A stretch of 64,000 nt of DNA from Eledone cirrhosa (taxonomy: Eukaryota): positions 46,252,001-46,316,000 of the forward strand of contig OZ024740.1 of assembly GCA_964016885.1 (NCBI GenBank), given 5' to 3'. The position numbers and the translations under genes were made by a program. The notes under the pieces were generated by a model, which was given only the letters and a program-made list of their open reading frames with translations, had not been told where the DNA came from and searched no databases. Below are positions 32,800-50,300 of the stretch, in pieces; within the stretch, counting starts at the first letter, position 1; each line of letters begins with the position of its first letter.

Positions 32800-35700
32800 A
32801 AGGTAATACACACATCTAAGACTACATACAACACAGGAGAAGGTATTACACACATCTAGGACCATATTCAACACACGAGAAGGTAATACACACATCTAGG
32901 ACCACATACAACACGAGAGAAGGTAATACACACACCTAGGACCACATACAACACACGAGAAGGTAATACACACATCTAGAACCATATACAACACACGAGA
33001 AGGTAATACACACATCTAGGACCATATACAACACACGAGAAGGTAATACACACACCTAGGACCATATACAACACACGAGAAGGTAATACGCACACCTAGG
33101 ACCACATACAACACACGAGAAGGTAATACACACATCTAGGACCATATACAACACACGATAAGGTAATACACACATCTAGGACCACATACAACACACGAGA
33201 AGGTAATACACACACCTACGACCACATACAACACACGAGAAGGTAATACACACATCTAAGAGCATATACAACACACGAGAAGGTAATACACACATCTAGG
33301 ACCACATACAACACACGAGAAGGTAATACACACACCTATGACCACATACAACACAGGAGAAGGTAATACACACATCTAGTACCACATACGACACACGAGA
33401 AGGTAATACACAAACAACTAGGACCATATACAACACACGAGCCGGTAATACACACGCCTAGGACCACATACAACACACGAGAAGGTAATACACACATCTA
33501 GGACGATATACAACAGACGATAAGGTAATACACAAATCTAGGACCACATACAACACACAAGAAGGTAATACACACATCTAGGACCAGATACAACACACGA
33601 GAAGATAATACACACATCTAGGACCACATACAACACACGAGAAGGTAATATACACATCTAAGACTACATACAACACACGATAAGGTAATACACACATCTA
33701 GGACCATATACAACACACGATAATGTAATACACACATCTAAGACTACATACAACACACGAGTAGGTAATACACACATCTAGGACCACATACAACACACGA
33801 TAAGGTAATACACACATCTAGGACCATATACAACTCACGAGAAGGTAATACACACATCTAGGACCATATGCAACACACGAGAAGGTATTACACACATCTA
33901 GGACCACATACAACACACGAGAAGGTAATACACACACCTATGGCCACATACAACTCACGAGAAGGTAATACACACATCTAAGACCACATACAACACACGA
34001 GAAGGTAATACACACATCTAGAACCATATACAACACACGAGAAGATAATACACACATCTAGGACCACATACAACACACGAGAAGTTAATACACACATCTA
34101 GGACGATATACAACAGACGAGCAGGTAATACACACATCTAGGACCACATACAACACACGATAAGGTAATACACAGATCTAAGACCATATACAACACACGA
34201 GTAGATAATACACACATCTAGGACCACATACAACACACGATAAGGTAATACACACATCTAAGACCATATACAACACACGAGAAGGTAATACACACATCTA
34301 GGACCACATACAACACACGAGAAGGTAATACACACATCTAGGACGATATACAACAGACGATAAGGTAATACACACATCTAGGACCACATACAACACACAA
34401 GAAGGTAATACACACATCTAGGACCACATACAACACACGAGAAGATAATACACACATCTAGGACCACATACAACACACGAGAAGGTAATACACACATCTA
34501 AGACTACATACAACACACGACAAGGTAATACACACATCTAAGACTACATACAACACACGAGAAGGTAATACACACATCTAGGACCACATACAACACACGA
34601 GAAGGTAATACACATATCTAGGACCACATACAACACACGATAAGGTAATACACACATCTAGGACCATATACGACACACGATAAGGTAATACACACATCTA
34701 AGACTACATACAACACACGAGAAGGTAATACACACATCTAGGACCACATACAACACACGATAAGGTAATACACATATCTAGGACCATATACAACACACGA
34801 GAAGGTAATACACACATCTAGGACCATATGCAACACACGAGAAGGTAATACACACATCTAGGACCACATACAACACACGAGAAAGTAATACACACATCTA
34901 TGGCCACATACAACATACGAGAAGGTAATACACACATCTAAGACCACATACAACACACGAGAAGGTAATACACACATCTAGGACCATATGCAACACACGA
35001 GAAGGTAATACACACATCTAGGACCACATACAACACACGAGAAGGTAATACACACATCTAGGACGATATACAACAGACGATAAGGTAATACACAAATCTA
35101 GGACCACATACAACACACAAGAAGGTAACACACACATCTAGGACCACATACAACACACGAGAAGTTAATACACACATCTAGGACCACATACAACACACGA
35201 GAATGTAATACACACATCTAAGACTACATACAACACACGAGAAGGTAATACACACATCTAGGACCACATACAACACACGAGAAGGTAATACACACATCTA
35301 GGACTACATACAACACACGATAAGGTAATACACACATCTAAGACTACATACAACACACGAGTAGGTAATACACACATCTAGGACCACATACAACACACGA
35401 GAAGGTAATACACACATCTAGGACCATATACAACTCACGAGAAGGTAATACACACATCTAGGACCATATGCAACACACGAGAAGGTAATACACACATCTA
35501 GGACCACATACAACACACGAGAAGGTAATACACACACCTATGGCCACATACAACTCACGAGAAGGTAATACACACATCTAAGACCACATACAACACACGA
35601 GAAGGTAATACACACATCTAGAACCACATACAACACACGAGAAGATAATACACACATCTAGGACCACATACAACACACGAGAAGGTAATACACACATCTA

Positions 35701-37300
35701 AGACCATATACAACACACGAGAAGGTAATACACACATCTAGGACCACATACAACACACGAGAAGGTAATACACACTTCTAGGACCACATACAACACACGA
35801 GAAGGTAATACACACAACTAGGACCACATACAACACACGAGAAGGTACTACACACACCTATAGCCACATACAACACACGAGAAGGTAATACACACATCTA
35901 GGACCACATACAACACACGAGAAGGTAATACACACATCTAGGACCACATACAACACACGGGAAGGTAATACACACATCTAGGACCACATTCAACACACGA
36001 GAAGGTAATACACACATCTAGGACCATATACAACACACGAGAAGGTAATACACACACCTAGGACCACATACAACAGACGAGCAGGTAATACACACATCTA
36101 GGACCATATACAACACACGATAAGGTAATACACACATCTAAGACTACATACAACACAGGAGAAGGTATTACACACATCTAGGACCATATTCAACACACGA
36201 GAAGGTAATACACACATCTAGGACCACATACAACACACGAGAAGGTAATACACACACCTAGGACCACATACAACACACGAGAAGGTAATACACACATCTA
36301 GGACCATATACAACACACGAGAAGGTAATACACACATCTAGGACCATATACAACACACGAGAAGGTAATACACACACCTAGGACCATATACAACACACGA
36401 GAAGGTAATACACACACGTAGGACCACATACAACACACGAGAAGGTAATACACACATCTAGGACCATATACAACACACGATAAGGTAATACACACATCTA
36501 GGACCACATACAACACACGAGAAGGTAATACACACACCTAGGACCACATACAACACACGAGAAGGTAATACACACATCTAAGAGCATATACAACACACGA
36601 GAAGGTAATACACACATCTAGGACCACATACAACACACGAGAAGGTAATACACACACCTATGACCACATACAACACCGTAGAAGGTAATACACACATCTA
36701 GGACCACATACGACACACGAGAAGGTAATACACAAACAACTAGGACCATATACAACACACGAGCCGGTAATACACACGCCTAGGACCACATACAACACAC
36801 GAGAAGGTAATACACACATCTAGGACGATATACAACAGACGATAAGGTAATACACAAATCTAGGACCACATACAACACACAAGAAGGTAATAGACACATC
36901 TAGGACCAGATACAACACACGAGAAGATAATACACACATCTAGGACCACATACAACACACGAGAAGGTAATACACACATCTAAGACTACATACAACACAC
37001 GATAAGGTAATACACACATCTAGGACCATATACAACACACGATAATGTAATACACACATCTAAGACTACATACAACACACGAGTAGGTAATACACACATC
37101 TAGGACCACATACAACACACGATAAGGTAATACACACATCTAGGACCATATACAACTCACGAGAAGGTAATACACACATCTAGGACCATATGCAACACAC
37201 GAGAAGGTAATACACACATCTAGGACCACATACAACACACGAGAAGGTAATACACACACCTATGGCCACATACAACTCACGAGAAGGTAATACACACATC
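32800..37300. repeat. Block duplication, offset 3322 bp (83 monomers + 2 bp) at the shared insertion
   Basis: The private +2 variant 'caaacaacta' occurs at 33411 and 36733. Both copies also share 'caggagaaggtatta' and 'ccatattca' upstream. Confidence 0.75.
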
Positions 37301-40279
37301 TAGGACCACATACAACACACGAGAAGTTAATACACACATCTAGGACCATATACAACAGACGAGCAGGTAATACACACATCTAGGACCATATACAACACAC
37401 GAGAAGGTAATACACACATCTAAGACTACATACAACACACGAGAAGGTAATACACACATCTAGGACCACATACAACACACGATAAGGTAATTCACAGATC
37501 TAAGACCATATACAACACACGAGAAGGTAATACACACATCTAGGACCATATACAACACACGAGTAGATAATACACACATCTAGGACCACATACAACACAC
37601 GATAAGGTAATACACACATCTAAGACCATATACAACACACGAGATGGTAATACACATATCTAGGACCATATACAACACACGAGAAGGTAATACACACATC
37701 TAGGACCACATACAACCCACGAGAAGGTAATACACACATCTAGGACGATATACAACAGACGATAAGGTAATACACACATCTAGGACCACATACAACACAC
37801 AAGAAGGTAATACACACATCTAGGACCACATACAACACACGAGAAGATAATACACACATCTAGGACCACATACAACACACGAGAAGATAATACACACATC
37901 TAGGACCACATACAACACACGAGAAGGTAATACACACATCTAAGACTACATACAACACACGAGAAGGTAATACACACATCTAGGACCACATACAACACAC
38001 GAGAAGGTAATACACATATCTAGGACCACATACAACACACGATAAGGTAATACACACATCTAGGACCATATACGACACACGATAAGGTAATACACACATC
38101 TAAGACTACATACAACACACGAGAAGGTAATACACACATCTAGGACCACATACAACACACGATAAGGTAATACACATATCTAGGACCATATACAACACAC
38201 GAGAAGGTAATACACACATCTAGGACCATATGCAACACACGAGAAGATAATACACACATCTAGGACCACATACAACACACGAGAAAGTAATACACACATC
38301 TATGGCCACATACAACATACGAGAAGGTAATACATACATCTAAGACCACATACAACACACGAGAAGGTAATACACACATCTAGAACCATATACAACACAC
38401 GAGAAGATAATACACACATCTAGGACCACATACAACACACGAGAAGATAATACACACATCTAGGACCACATACAACACACGAGAATGTAATACACACATC
38501 TAAGACCATATGCAACACACGAGAAGGTAATACACACATCTAGGACCACATACAACACACGATAAGGTAATACACACATCTAGGACCACATACAACACAC
38601 GAGAAGGTAATAAACACATCTAAGACCATATACAAAACACGAGAATGTAATACACACATCTAGGACCACATACAACACATGAGAAGGTAATACACACATC
38701 TAAGAGCATATACAACACACCAGAAGGTAATACACACATCTAAGACCATATACAACACACGAGATGGTAATACACACATCTAGGACCACATACGGCACAC
38801 GAGAAGTTAATACACACATCTAGGACCATATACAACACACGAGCCGGTAATACACACGCCTAGGACCATATACAACAGACGATCAGGTAATACACACATC
38901 TAGGACCATATACAACACACGAGAAGGTAATACACACATCTAAGACTACATACAACACACGAGAAGGTAATACACACATCTAGGACCATATGCAACACAC
39001 GAGAAGGTAATACACACATCTAGGACCACATACAACACACGAGAAGGTAATACACACACCTTGGACCACATACAACACACGAGAAGGTAATACACACATC
39101 TAAGAGCATATACAACACACGAGAAGGTAATACACACATCTAGGACCACATACAACACACGAGAAGGTAATACACACACCTATGACCACATACAACACAC
39201 GAGAAGGTAATACACACATCTAGGACCACATACGACACACGAGAAGGTAATACACACATCTAGGACCATATACAACACACGAGCCGGTAGTACACACGCC
39301 TAGGACCACATACAACACACGAGAAGGTAATACACACATCTAGGACCATATACAACACACGAGAAGGTAATACACACATCTAGGACCACATACGACACAC
39401 GAGAAGGTAATACACACATCTAGGACCACATACTTCACACGATAAGGTAATACACACATCTACGACCATATACAACACACGAGATGGTAATACACATATC
39501 TAGGACCATATACAACACACGAGAAGTTAATACACACATCTAGGACCACATACAACACACGAGAAGGTAATACACACATCTAGGACGATATACAACAGAC
39601 GATAAGGTAATACTCAAATCTAGGACCACATACAACACACAAGAAGGTAATACACACATCTAGGACCACATACAACACACGAGAAGTTAATACACACATC
39701 TAGGACCACATACAACACACGAGAAGGTAATACACACATCTAAGACTACATACAACACACAAGAAGGTAATACACACATCTAGGACCACATACAACACAC
39801 GAGAAGGTAATACACACATCTAGGACCACATACAACACACGATAAGGTAATACACACATCTAGGACGATATACAACAGACGATAAGGTAATACACAAATG
39901 TAGGACCACATACAACACACAACAAGGTAATACACACATCTAGGACCAGATACAACACACGAGAAGATAATACACACATCTAGGACCACATACAACACAC
40001 GAGAAGGTAATACACACATCTAAGACTACATACAACACACGATAAGGTAATACACACATCTAGGACCATATGCAACACACGAGAAGGTAATACACACATC
40101 TAGGACCACATACAACACACGAGAAGGTAATACACACACCTATGGCCATATACAACACACGATAATGTAATACACACATCTAAGACTACATACAACACAC
40201 GACTAGGTAATACACACATCTAGGACCACATACAACACACGATAAGGTAATACACACATCTAGGACCATATACAACTCA

Positions 40280-43200
40280 CGAGAAGGTAATACACACATC
40301 TAGGACCATATGCAACACACGAGAAGGTAATACACACATCTAGGACCACATACAACACACGAGAAGGTAATACACACACCTATGGCCACATACAACTCAC
40401 AAGAAGGTAATACACACATCTAAGACTACATACAACACACGAGAAGGTAATACACACATCTAGGACCACATACAACACACGATAAGGTAATACACATATC
40501 TAGGACCATATACAACACACGAGAAGGTAATACACACATCTAGGACCATATGCAACACACGAAAAGGTAATACACACATCTAGGACCACATACAACACAC
40601 GAGAAAGTAATACACACATCTATGGCCACATACAACATACGAGAAGGTAATACACACATCTAAGACCACATACAACACACGAGAAGGTAATACACACATC
40701 TAGAACCATATACAACACACGAGAAGATAATACACACATCTAGGACCACATACAACACACGAGAAGATAATACACACATCTAGGACCACATACAACACAC
40801 GAGAATGTAATACACACATCTAAGACCATATACAACACACGAGAAGGTAATACACACATCTAGAACCACATACAACACACGAGAAGGTAATACACACATC
40901 TAGGACCACATACAACACACGAGAAGGTAATACACACATCTAAGAAAATATACAACACACGAGAATGTAATACACACATCTAGGACCACATACAACACAC
41001 GAGAAGGTAATACACACATCTAAGAGCATATACAACACACCAGAAGGTAATACACACATCTAAGACCATATACAACAGACGAGAAGGTAATACACACATC
41101 TAGGACCACATACGACACACGAGAAGGTAATACACACATCTAGGACCATATACAACACACGAGCCGGTAATACACACGCCTAGGACCATATACAACAGAC
41201 GATCAGGTAATACACACATCTAGGACCATATACAACACACGAGAAGGTAATACACACATCTAAGACTACATACAACACACGAGAAGGTAATACACACATC
41301 TAGGACCATATGCAACACACGAGAAGGTAATACACACATCTAGGACCACATACAACACACGAGAAGGTAATACACACACCTTGGACCACATACAACACAC
41401 GAGAAGGTAATACACACATCTAGGACCATATACAACACACGAGAAGGTAATACACACATCTAGGACCATATACAACATAGAAGGTAATACACACATCTAA
41501 GACTACATACAACACACGAGAAGGTAATACACACATCTAGGACCATATACGACACACGAGAAATGTAATACACACATCTAGGACCATATACAACACACGA
41601 GAAGGTAATACACATATCTAGGACCATATACAACACACGAGAAGTTAATACACACATCTAGGACCACATACAACACACGAGAAGGTAATACACACATCTA
41701 GGACGATATACAACAGACGATAAGGTAATACTCAAATCTAGGACCACATACAACACACAAGAAGGTAATACACACATCTAGGACCACATACAACACACGA
41801 GAGGTTAATACACACATCGAGGACCACATACAACACACGAGAAGGTAATACACACATCTAAGACTACATACAACACACGAGAAGGTAATACACACATCTA
41901 GAACCACATACAACACACGAGAAGGTAATACACACATCTAGGACCACATACAACACACGATAAGGTAATACACACATCTAGGACGATATACAACAGACGA
42001 TAAGGTAATACACAAATCTAGGACCACATACAACACACAAGAAGGTAATACACACATCTAGGACCAGATACAACACACGATAAGGTAATACACACATCTA
42101 GGACCATATACAACACACGATAATGTAATACACACATCTAAGACTACATACAACACACGAGTAGGTAATACACACATCTAGGACCACATACAACACACGA
42201 GAAGTTAATACACACATCTAGGACCATATACAACAGACGAGCAGGTAATACACACATCTAGGACCATATACAACACACGAGAAGGTAATACACACATCTA
42301 GGACCACATACAACTCACGAGAAGGTAATACACACATCTAGGACCATATGCAACACACGAGAAGGTAATACACACATCTAGGACCACATACAACACACGA
42401 GAAGGTAATACACACACCTATGGCCACATACAACTCACGAGAAGGTAATACACACATCTAAGACTACATACAACACACGAGAAGGTAATACACACATCTA
42501 GGACCACATACAACACACGATAAGGTAATACACATATCTAGGACCATATACAACACACGAGAAGGTAATACACACATCTAGGACCATATGCAACACACGA
42601 AAAGGTAATACACACATCTAGGACCACATACAACACACGAGAAAGTAATACACACATCTATGGCCACATACAACATACGAGAAGGTAATACACACATCTA
42701 AGACCACATACAACACACGAGAAGGTAATACACACATCTAGAACCATATACAACACACGAGAAGATAATACACACATCTAGGACCACATACAACACACGA
42801 GAAGATAATACACACATCTAGGACCACATACAACACACGAGAATGTAATACACACATCTAAGACCATATACAACACACGAGAAGGTAATACACACATCTA
42901 GAACCACATACAACACACGAGAAGGTAATACACACATCTAGGACCACATACAACACACGAGAAGGTAATACACACATCTAAGAAAATATACAACACACGA
43001 GAATGTAATACACACATCTAGGACCACATACAACACACGAGAAGGTAATACACACATCTAAGAGCATATACAACACACCAGAAGGTAATACACACATCTA
43101 AGACCATATACAACACACGAGAAGGTAATACACACATCTAGGACCACATACGACACACGAGAAGGTAATACACACATCTAGGACCATATACAACACACGA

Positions 43201-44330
43201 GCCGGTAATACACACGCCTAGGACCATATACAACAGACGATCAGGTAATACACACATCTAGGACCATATACAACACACGAGAAGGTAATACACACATCTA
43301 AGACTACATACAACACACGAGAAGGTAATACACACATCTAGGACCATATGCAACACACGAGAAGGTAATACACACATCTAGGACCACATACAACACACGA
43401 GAAGGTAATACACACACCTTGGACCACATACAACACACGAGAAGGTAATACACACATCTAGGACCATATACAACACACGAGAAGGTAATACACACATCTA
43501 GGACCATATACAACATAGAAGGTAATACACACATCTAAGACTACATACAACACACGAGAAGGTAATACACACATCTAGGACCATATACGACACACGAGAA
43601 ATGTAATACACACATCTAGGACCATATACAACACACGAGAAGGTAATACACATATCTAGGACCATATACAACACACGAGAAGTTAATACACACATCTAGG
43701 ACCACATACAACACACGAGAAGGTAATACACACATCTAGGACGATATACAACAGACGATAAGGTAATACTCAAATCTAGGACCACATACAACACACAAGA
43801 AGGTAATACACACATCTAGGACCACATACAACACACGAGAGGTTAATACACACATCTAGGACCACATACAACACACGAGAAGGTAATACACACCTCTAAG
43901 ACTACATACAACACACGAGAAGGTAATACACACATCTAGAACCACATACAACACACGAGAAGGTAATACACACATCTAGGACCACATACAACACACGATA
44001 AGGTAATACACACATCTAGGACGATATACAACAGACGATAAGGTAATACACAAATCTAGGACCACATACAACACACAAGAAGGTAATACACACATCTAGG
44101 ACCAGATACAACACACGATAAGGTAATACACACATCTAGGACCATATACAACACACGATAATGTAATACACACATCTAAGACTACATACAACACACGAGT
44201 AGGTAATACACACATCTAGGACCACATACAACACACGAGAAGTTAATACACACATCTAGGACCATATACAACAGACGAGCAGGTAATACACACATCTAGG
44301 ACCATATACAACACACGAGAAGGTAATACA
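40280..44330. repeat. Tandem block duplication, unit 2038 bp (51 monomers - 2 bp)
   Basis: ORF pairs 41266/43304 and 41460/43498. Both copies share the 3-bp deletion 'caacatagaagg', the +A insertion at 41561/43599, 'taagaaaata' and 'gagaggttaat'. Confidence 0.9.
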
Positions 44331-47300
44331 CAAATCTAAGACTACATACAACACACGAGAAGGTAATACACACATCTAGGACCACATACAACACACGATA
44401 AGGTAATACACAGATCTAAGACCACATACAACACACGAGAATGTAATACACATATCTAGGACCACATACAACACACGATAAGGTAATACACACATCTAGG
44501 ACCATATACGACACACGATAAGGTAATACACACATCTAAGACTACATACAACACACGATAAGGTAATACACACATCTAGGACCACATACAACACACGATA
44601 AGGTAATACACATATCTAGGACCATATACAACACACGAGAAGGTAATACACACATCTAGGACCATATGCAACACACGAGAAGGTAATACACACATCTAGG
44701 ACCACATACAACACACGAGAAGGTAATACACACATCTAAGACCATATACAACACACGAGAATGTAATACACACATCTAGGACCACATACAACACACGAGA
44801 AGGTAATACACACATCTAGGACCATATACAACACACGAGCCGGTAATACACACGCCTAGGACCATATACAACAGACGATCAGGTAATACACACATCTAGG
44901 ACCATATACAACACACGAGAAGGTAATACACACATCTAAGACTACATACAACACACGAGAAGGTAATACACACATCTAGGACCATATGCAACACACGAGA
45001 AGGTAATACACACATCTAGGACCACAAGCAACAGACGAGAAGGTAATACACACACCTTGGACCACATACAACACACGAGAAGGTAATACACACATCTAGG
45101 ACCATATACAACACACGAGAAGGTAATACACACATCTAGGACCATATACAACACAGGAGAAGGTAATACACACATCTAAGACTACATACAACACACGAGA
45201 AGATAATACACACATCTAGGACCATATACGACACACGAGAAATGTAATACACACATCTAGGACCATATACAACACACGAGAAGGTAATACACACATCTAA
45301 GATCATATACAACACACGAGAAGGTAATACACACATCTAGGACCACATACAACACACGAGAAGGTAATACACACACCTATGACCACATACAACACACGAG
45401 AAGGTAATACACAACATCTAGGACCACATACGACACACGAGAAGGTAATACACACATCTAGGACCATATACAACACACGAGCCGGTAATACACACGCCTA
45501 GGACCACATACTACACACGAGAAGGTAATACACACATCTAGGACCATATACAACACACGAGAAGGTAATACACACATCTAGGACCACATACGACATACGA
45601 GAAGGTAATACACACATCTAGGACCACATACTTCACACGATAAGGTAATACACACATCTAGGACCATATACAACACACGAGATGGTAATACACATATCTA
45701 GGACCATATACAACACACGAGAAGTTAATACACACATCTAGGACCACATACAACACACGAGAAGGTAATACACACATCTAGGACGATATACAACAGACGA
45801 TAAGGTAATACTCAAATCTAGGACCACATACAACACACAAGAAGGTAATACACACATCTAGGACCACATACAACACACGAGAAGTTAATACACACATCTA
45901 GGACCACATACAACACACGAGAAGGTAATACACACATCTAAGACTACATACAACACACGAGAAGGTAATACACACATCTAGGACCACATACAACACACGA
46001 GAAGGTAATACACACATCTAGGACCACATACAACACACGATAAGGTAATACACACATCTAGGACGATATACAACAGACGATAAGGTAATACACAAATCTA
46101 GGACCACATACAACACACAAGAAGGTAATACACACATCTAGGACCAGATACAACACACGATAAGGTAATACACACATCTAGGACCATATACAACACACGA
46201 TAATGTAATACACACATCTAAGACTACATACAACACACGAGTAGGTAATACACACATCTAGGACCACATACAACACACGATAAGGTAATACACACATCTA
46301 GGACCATATACAACTCACGAGAAGGTAATACACACATCTAGGACCATATGCAACACACGAGAAGGTAATACACACATCTAGGACCACATACAACACACGA
46401 GAAGGTAATACACACACCTATGGCCACATACAACTCACGAGAAGGTAATACACACATCTAAGACCACATACAACACACGAGAAGGTAATACACACATCTA
46501 GAACCATATACAACACACGAGAAGATAATACACACATCTAGGACCACATACAACACACGAGAAGATAATACACACATCTAGGACCCCATACAACACACGA
46601 GAAGTTAATACACACATCTAGGACCATATACAACAGACGAGCAGGTAATACACACATCTAGGACCATATACAACACACGAGAAGGTAATACACAAATCTA
46701 AGACTACATACAACACACGAGAAGGTAATACACACATCTAGGACCACATACAACACACGATAAGGTAATACACAGATCTAAGACCACATACAACACACGA
46801 GAAGGTAATACACATATCTAGGACCACATACAACACACGATAAGGTAATACACACATCTAGGACCATATACGACACACGATAAGGTAATACACACATCTA
46901 AGACTACATACAACACACGATAAGGTAATACACACATCTAGGACCACATACAACACACGATAAGGTAATACACATATCTAGGACCATATACAACACACGA
47001 GAAGGTAATACACACATCTAGGACCATATGCAACACACGAGAAGGTAATACACACATCTAGGACCACATACAACACACGAGAAGGTAATACACACATCTA
47101 AGACCATATACAACACACGAGAATGTAATACACACATCTAGGACCACATACAACACACGAGAAGGTAATACACACATCTAAGAGCATATACAACACACCA
47201 GAAGGTAATACACACATCTAAGACCATATACAACACACGAGAAAGTAATACACACATCTAGGACCACATACGACACACGAGAAGGTAATACACACATCTA

Positions 47301-50300
47301 GGACCATATACAACACACGAGCCGGTAATACACACGCCTAGGACCATATACAACAGACGATCAGGTAATACACACATCTAGGACCATATACAACACACGA
47401 GAAGGTAATACACACATCTAAGACTACATACAACACACGAGAAGGTAATACACACATCTAGGACCATATGCAACACACGAGAAGGTAATACACACATCTA
47501 GGACCACAAGCAACAGACGAGAAGGTAATACACACCCCTTGGACCACATACAACACACGAGAAGGTAATACACACATCTAGGACCATATACAACACACGA
47601 GAAGGTAATACACACATCTAGGACCATATACAACACAGGAGAAGGTAATACACACATCTAAGACTACATACAACACACGAGAAGGTAATACACACATCTA
47701 GGACCATATACGACACACGAGAAATGTAATACACACATCTAGGACCATATACAACACACGAGAAGGTAATACACACATCTAAGAGCATATACAACACACG
47801 AGAAGGTAATACACACATCTAGGACCACATACAACACACGAGAAGGTAATACACACACCTATGACCACATACAACACACGAGAAGGTAATACACACATCT
47901 AGGACCACATACGACACACGAGAAGGTAATACACACATCTAGGACCATATACAACACACGAGCCGGTAATACACACGCCTAGGACCACATACTACACACG
48001 AGAAGGTAATACACACATCTAGGACCATATACAACACACGAGAAGGTAATACACACATCTAGGAACACATACGACATACGAGAAGGTAATACACACATCT
48101 AGGACCACATACTTCACACGATAAGGTAATACACACATCTAGGACCATATACAACACACGAGATGGTAATACACATATCTAGGACCATATACAACACACG
48201 AGAAGTTAATACACACATCTAGGACCACATACAACACACGAGAAGGTAATACACACATCTAGGACGATATACAACAGACGATAAGGTAATACTCAAATCT
48301 AGGACCACATACAACACACAAGAAGGTAATACACACATCTAGGACCACATACAACACACGAGAAGTTAATACACACATCTAGGACCACATACAACACACG
48401 AGAAGGTAATACACACATCTAAGACTACATACAACACACGAGAAGGTAATACACACATCTAGGACCACATACAACACACGAGAAGGTAATACACACATCT
48501 AGGACCACATACAACACACGATAAGGTAATACACACATCTAGGACCATATACAACACACGATAAGGTAATACACACATCTAAGACTACATACAACACACG
48601 AGTAGGTAATACACACATCTAGGACCACATACAACACACGATAAGGTAATACACACATCTAGGACCATATACAACTCACGAGAAGGTAATACACACATCT
48701 AGGACCATATGCAACACACGAGAAGGTAATACACACATCTAGGACCACATACAACACACGAGAAGGTAATACACACACCTATGGCCACATACAACTCACG
48801 AGAAGGTAATACACACATCTAAGACCACATACAACAGACGAGAAGGTAATACACACATCTAGAACCATATACAACACACGAGAAGATAATACACACATCT
48901 AGGACCACATACAACACACGAGAAGATAATACACACATCTAGGACCACATACAACACACGAGAAGGTAATACACACATCTTAGACCATATACAACACACG
49001 AGAAGGTAATACACACATCTAGGACCACATACAACACACGAGAAGGTAATACACACATCTAGGACCACATACAACACACGAGAAGGTAATACACACATCT
49101 AGGACCACATACAACACACGAGAAGGGAATACACACATCTAGAACCATATACAACACACGAGAAGATAATACACACATCTAGGACCAGATACAACACACG
49201 ATAAGGTAATACACACATCTAGGACCATATACAACACACGATAATGTAATACACACATCTAAGACTACATACAACACACGAGTAGGTAATACACACATCT
49301 AGGACCACATACAACACACGATAAGGTAATACACACATCTAGGACCATATACAACTCACGAGAAGCTAATACACACATCTAGGACCATATGCAACACACG
49401 AGAAGGTAATACACACATCTAGGACCACATACAACACACGAGAAGGTAATACACACACCTATGGCCACATACAACTCACGAGAAGATAATACACACATCT
49501 AGGACCACATACAACACACGAGAAGATAATACACACATCTAGGACCACATACAACACACGAGAATGTAATACACACATCTAAGACCATAGACAACACACG
49601 AGAAGGTAATACACACATCTAGGACCACATACAACACACGAGAAGGTAATACACACATCTAGGACCACATACAACACACGAGAAGGTAATACACACATCT
49701 AAGACCATATACAACACACGAGAATGTAATACACACATCTAGGACCACATACAACACACGAGAAGGTAATACACACATCTAAGAGCATATACAACACACC
49801 AGAAGGTAATACACACATCTAAGACCATATACAACACACGAGAAGGTAATACACACATCTAGGACCACATACGACACACGAGAAGGTAATACACACATCT
49901 AGGACCATATACAACACACGAGCCGGTAATACACACGCCTAGGACCATATACAACAGACGATCAGGTAATACACACATCTAGGACCATATACAACACACG
50001 AGAAGGTAATACACACATCTAAGACTACATACAACACACGAGAAGGTAATACACACATCTAGGACCATATGCAACACACGAGAAGGTAATACACACATCT
50101 AGGACCACAAGCAACAGACGAGAAGGTAATACACACACCTTGGACCACATACAACACACGAGAAGGTAATACACACATCTAGGACCATATACAACACACG
50201 AGAAGGTAATACACACATCTAGGACCATATACAACACAGGAGAAGGTAATACACACATCTAAGACTACATACAACACACGAGAAGGTAATACACACATCT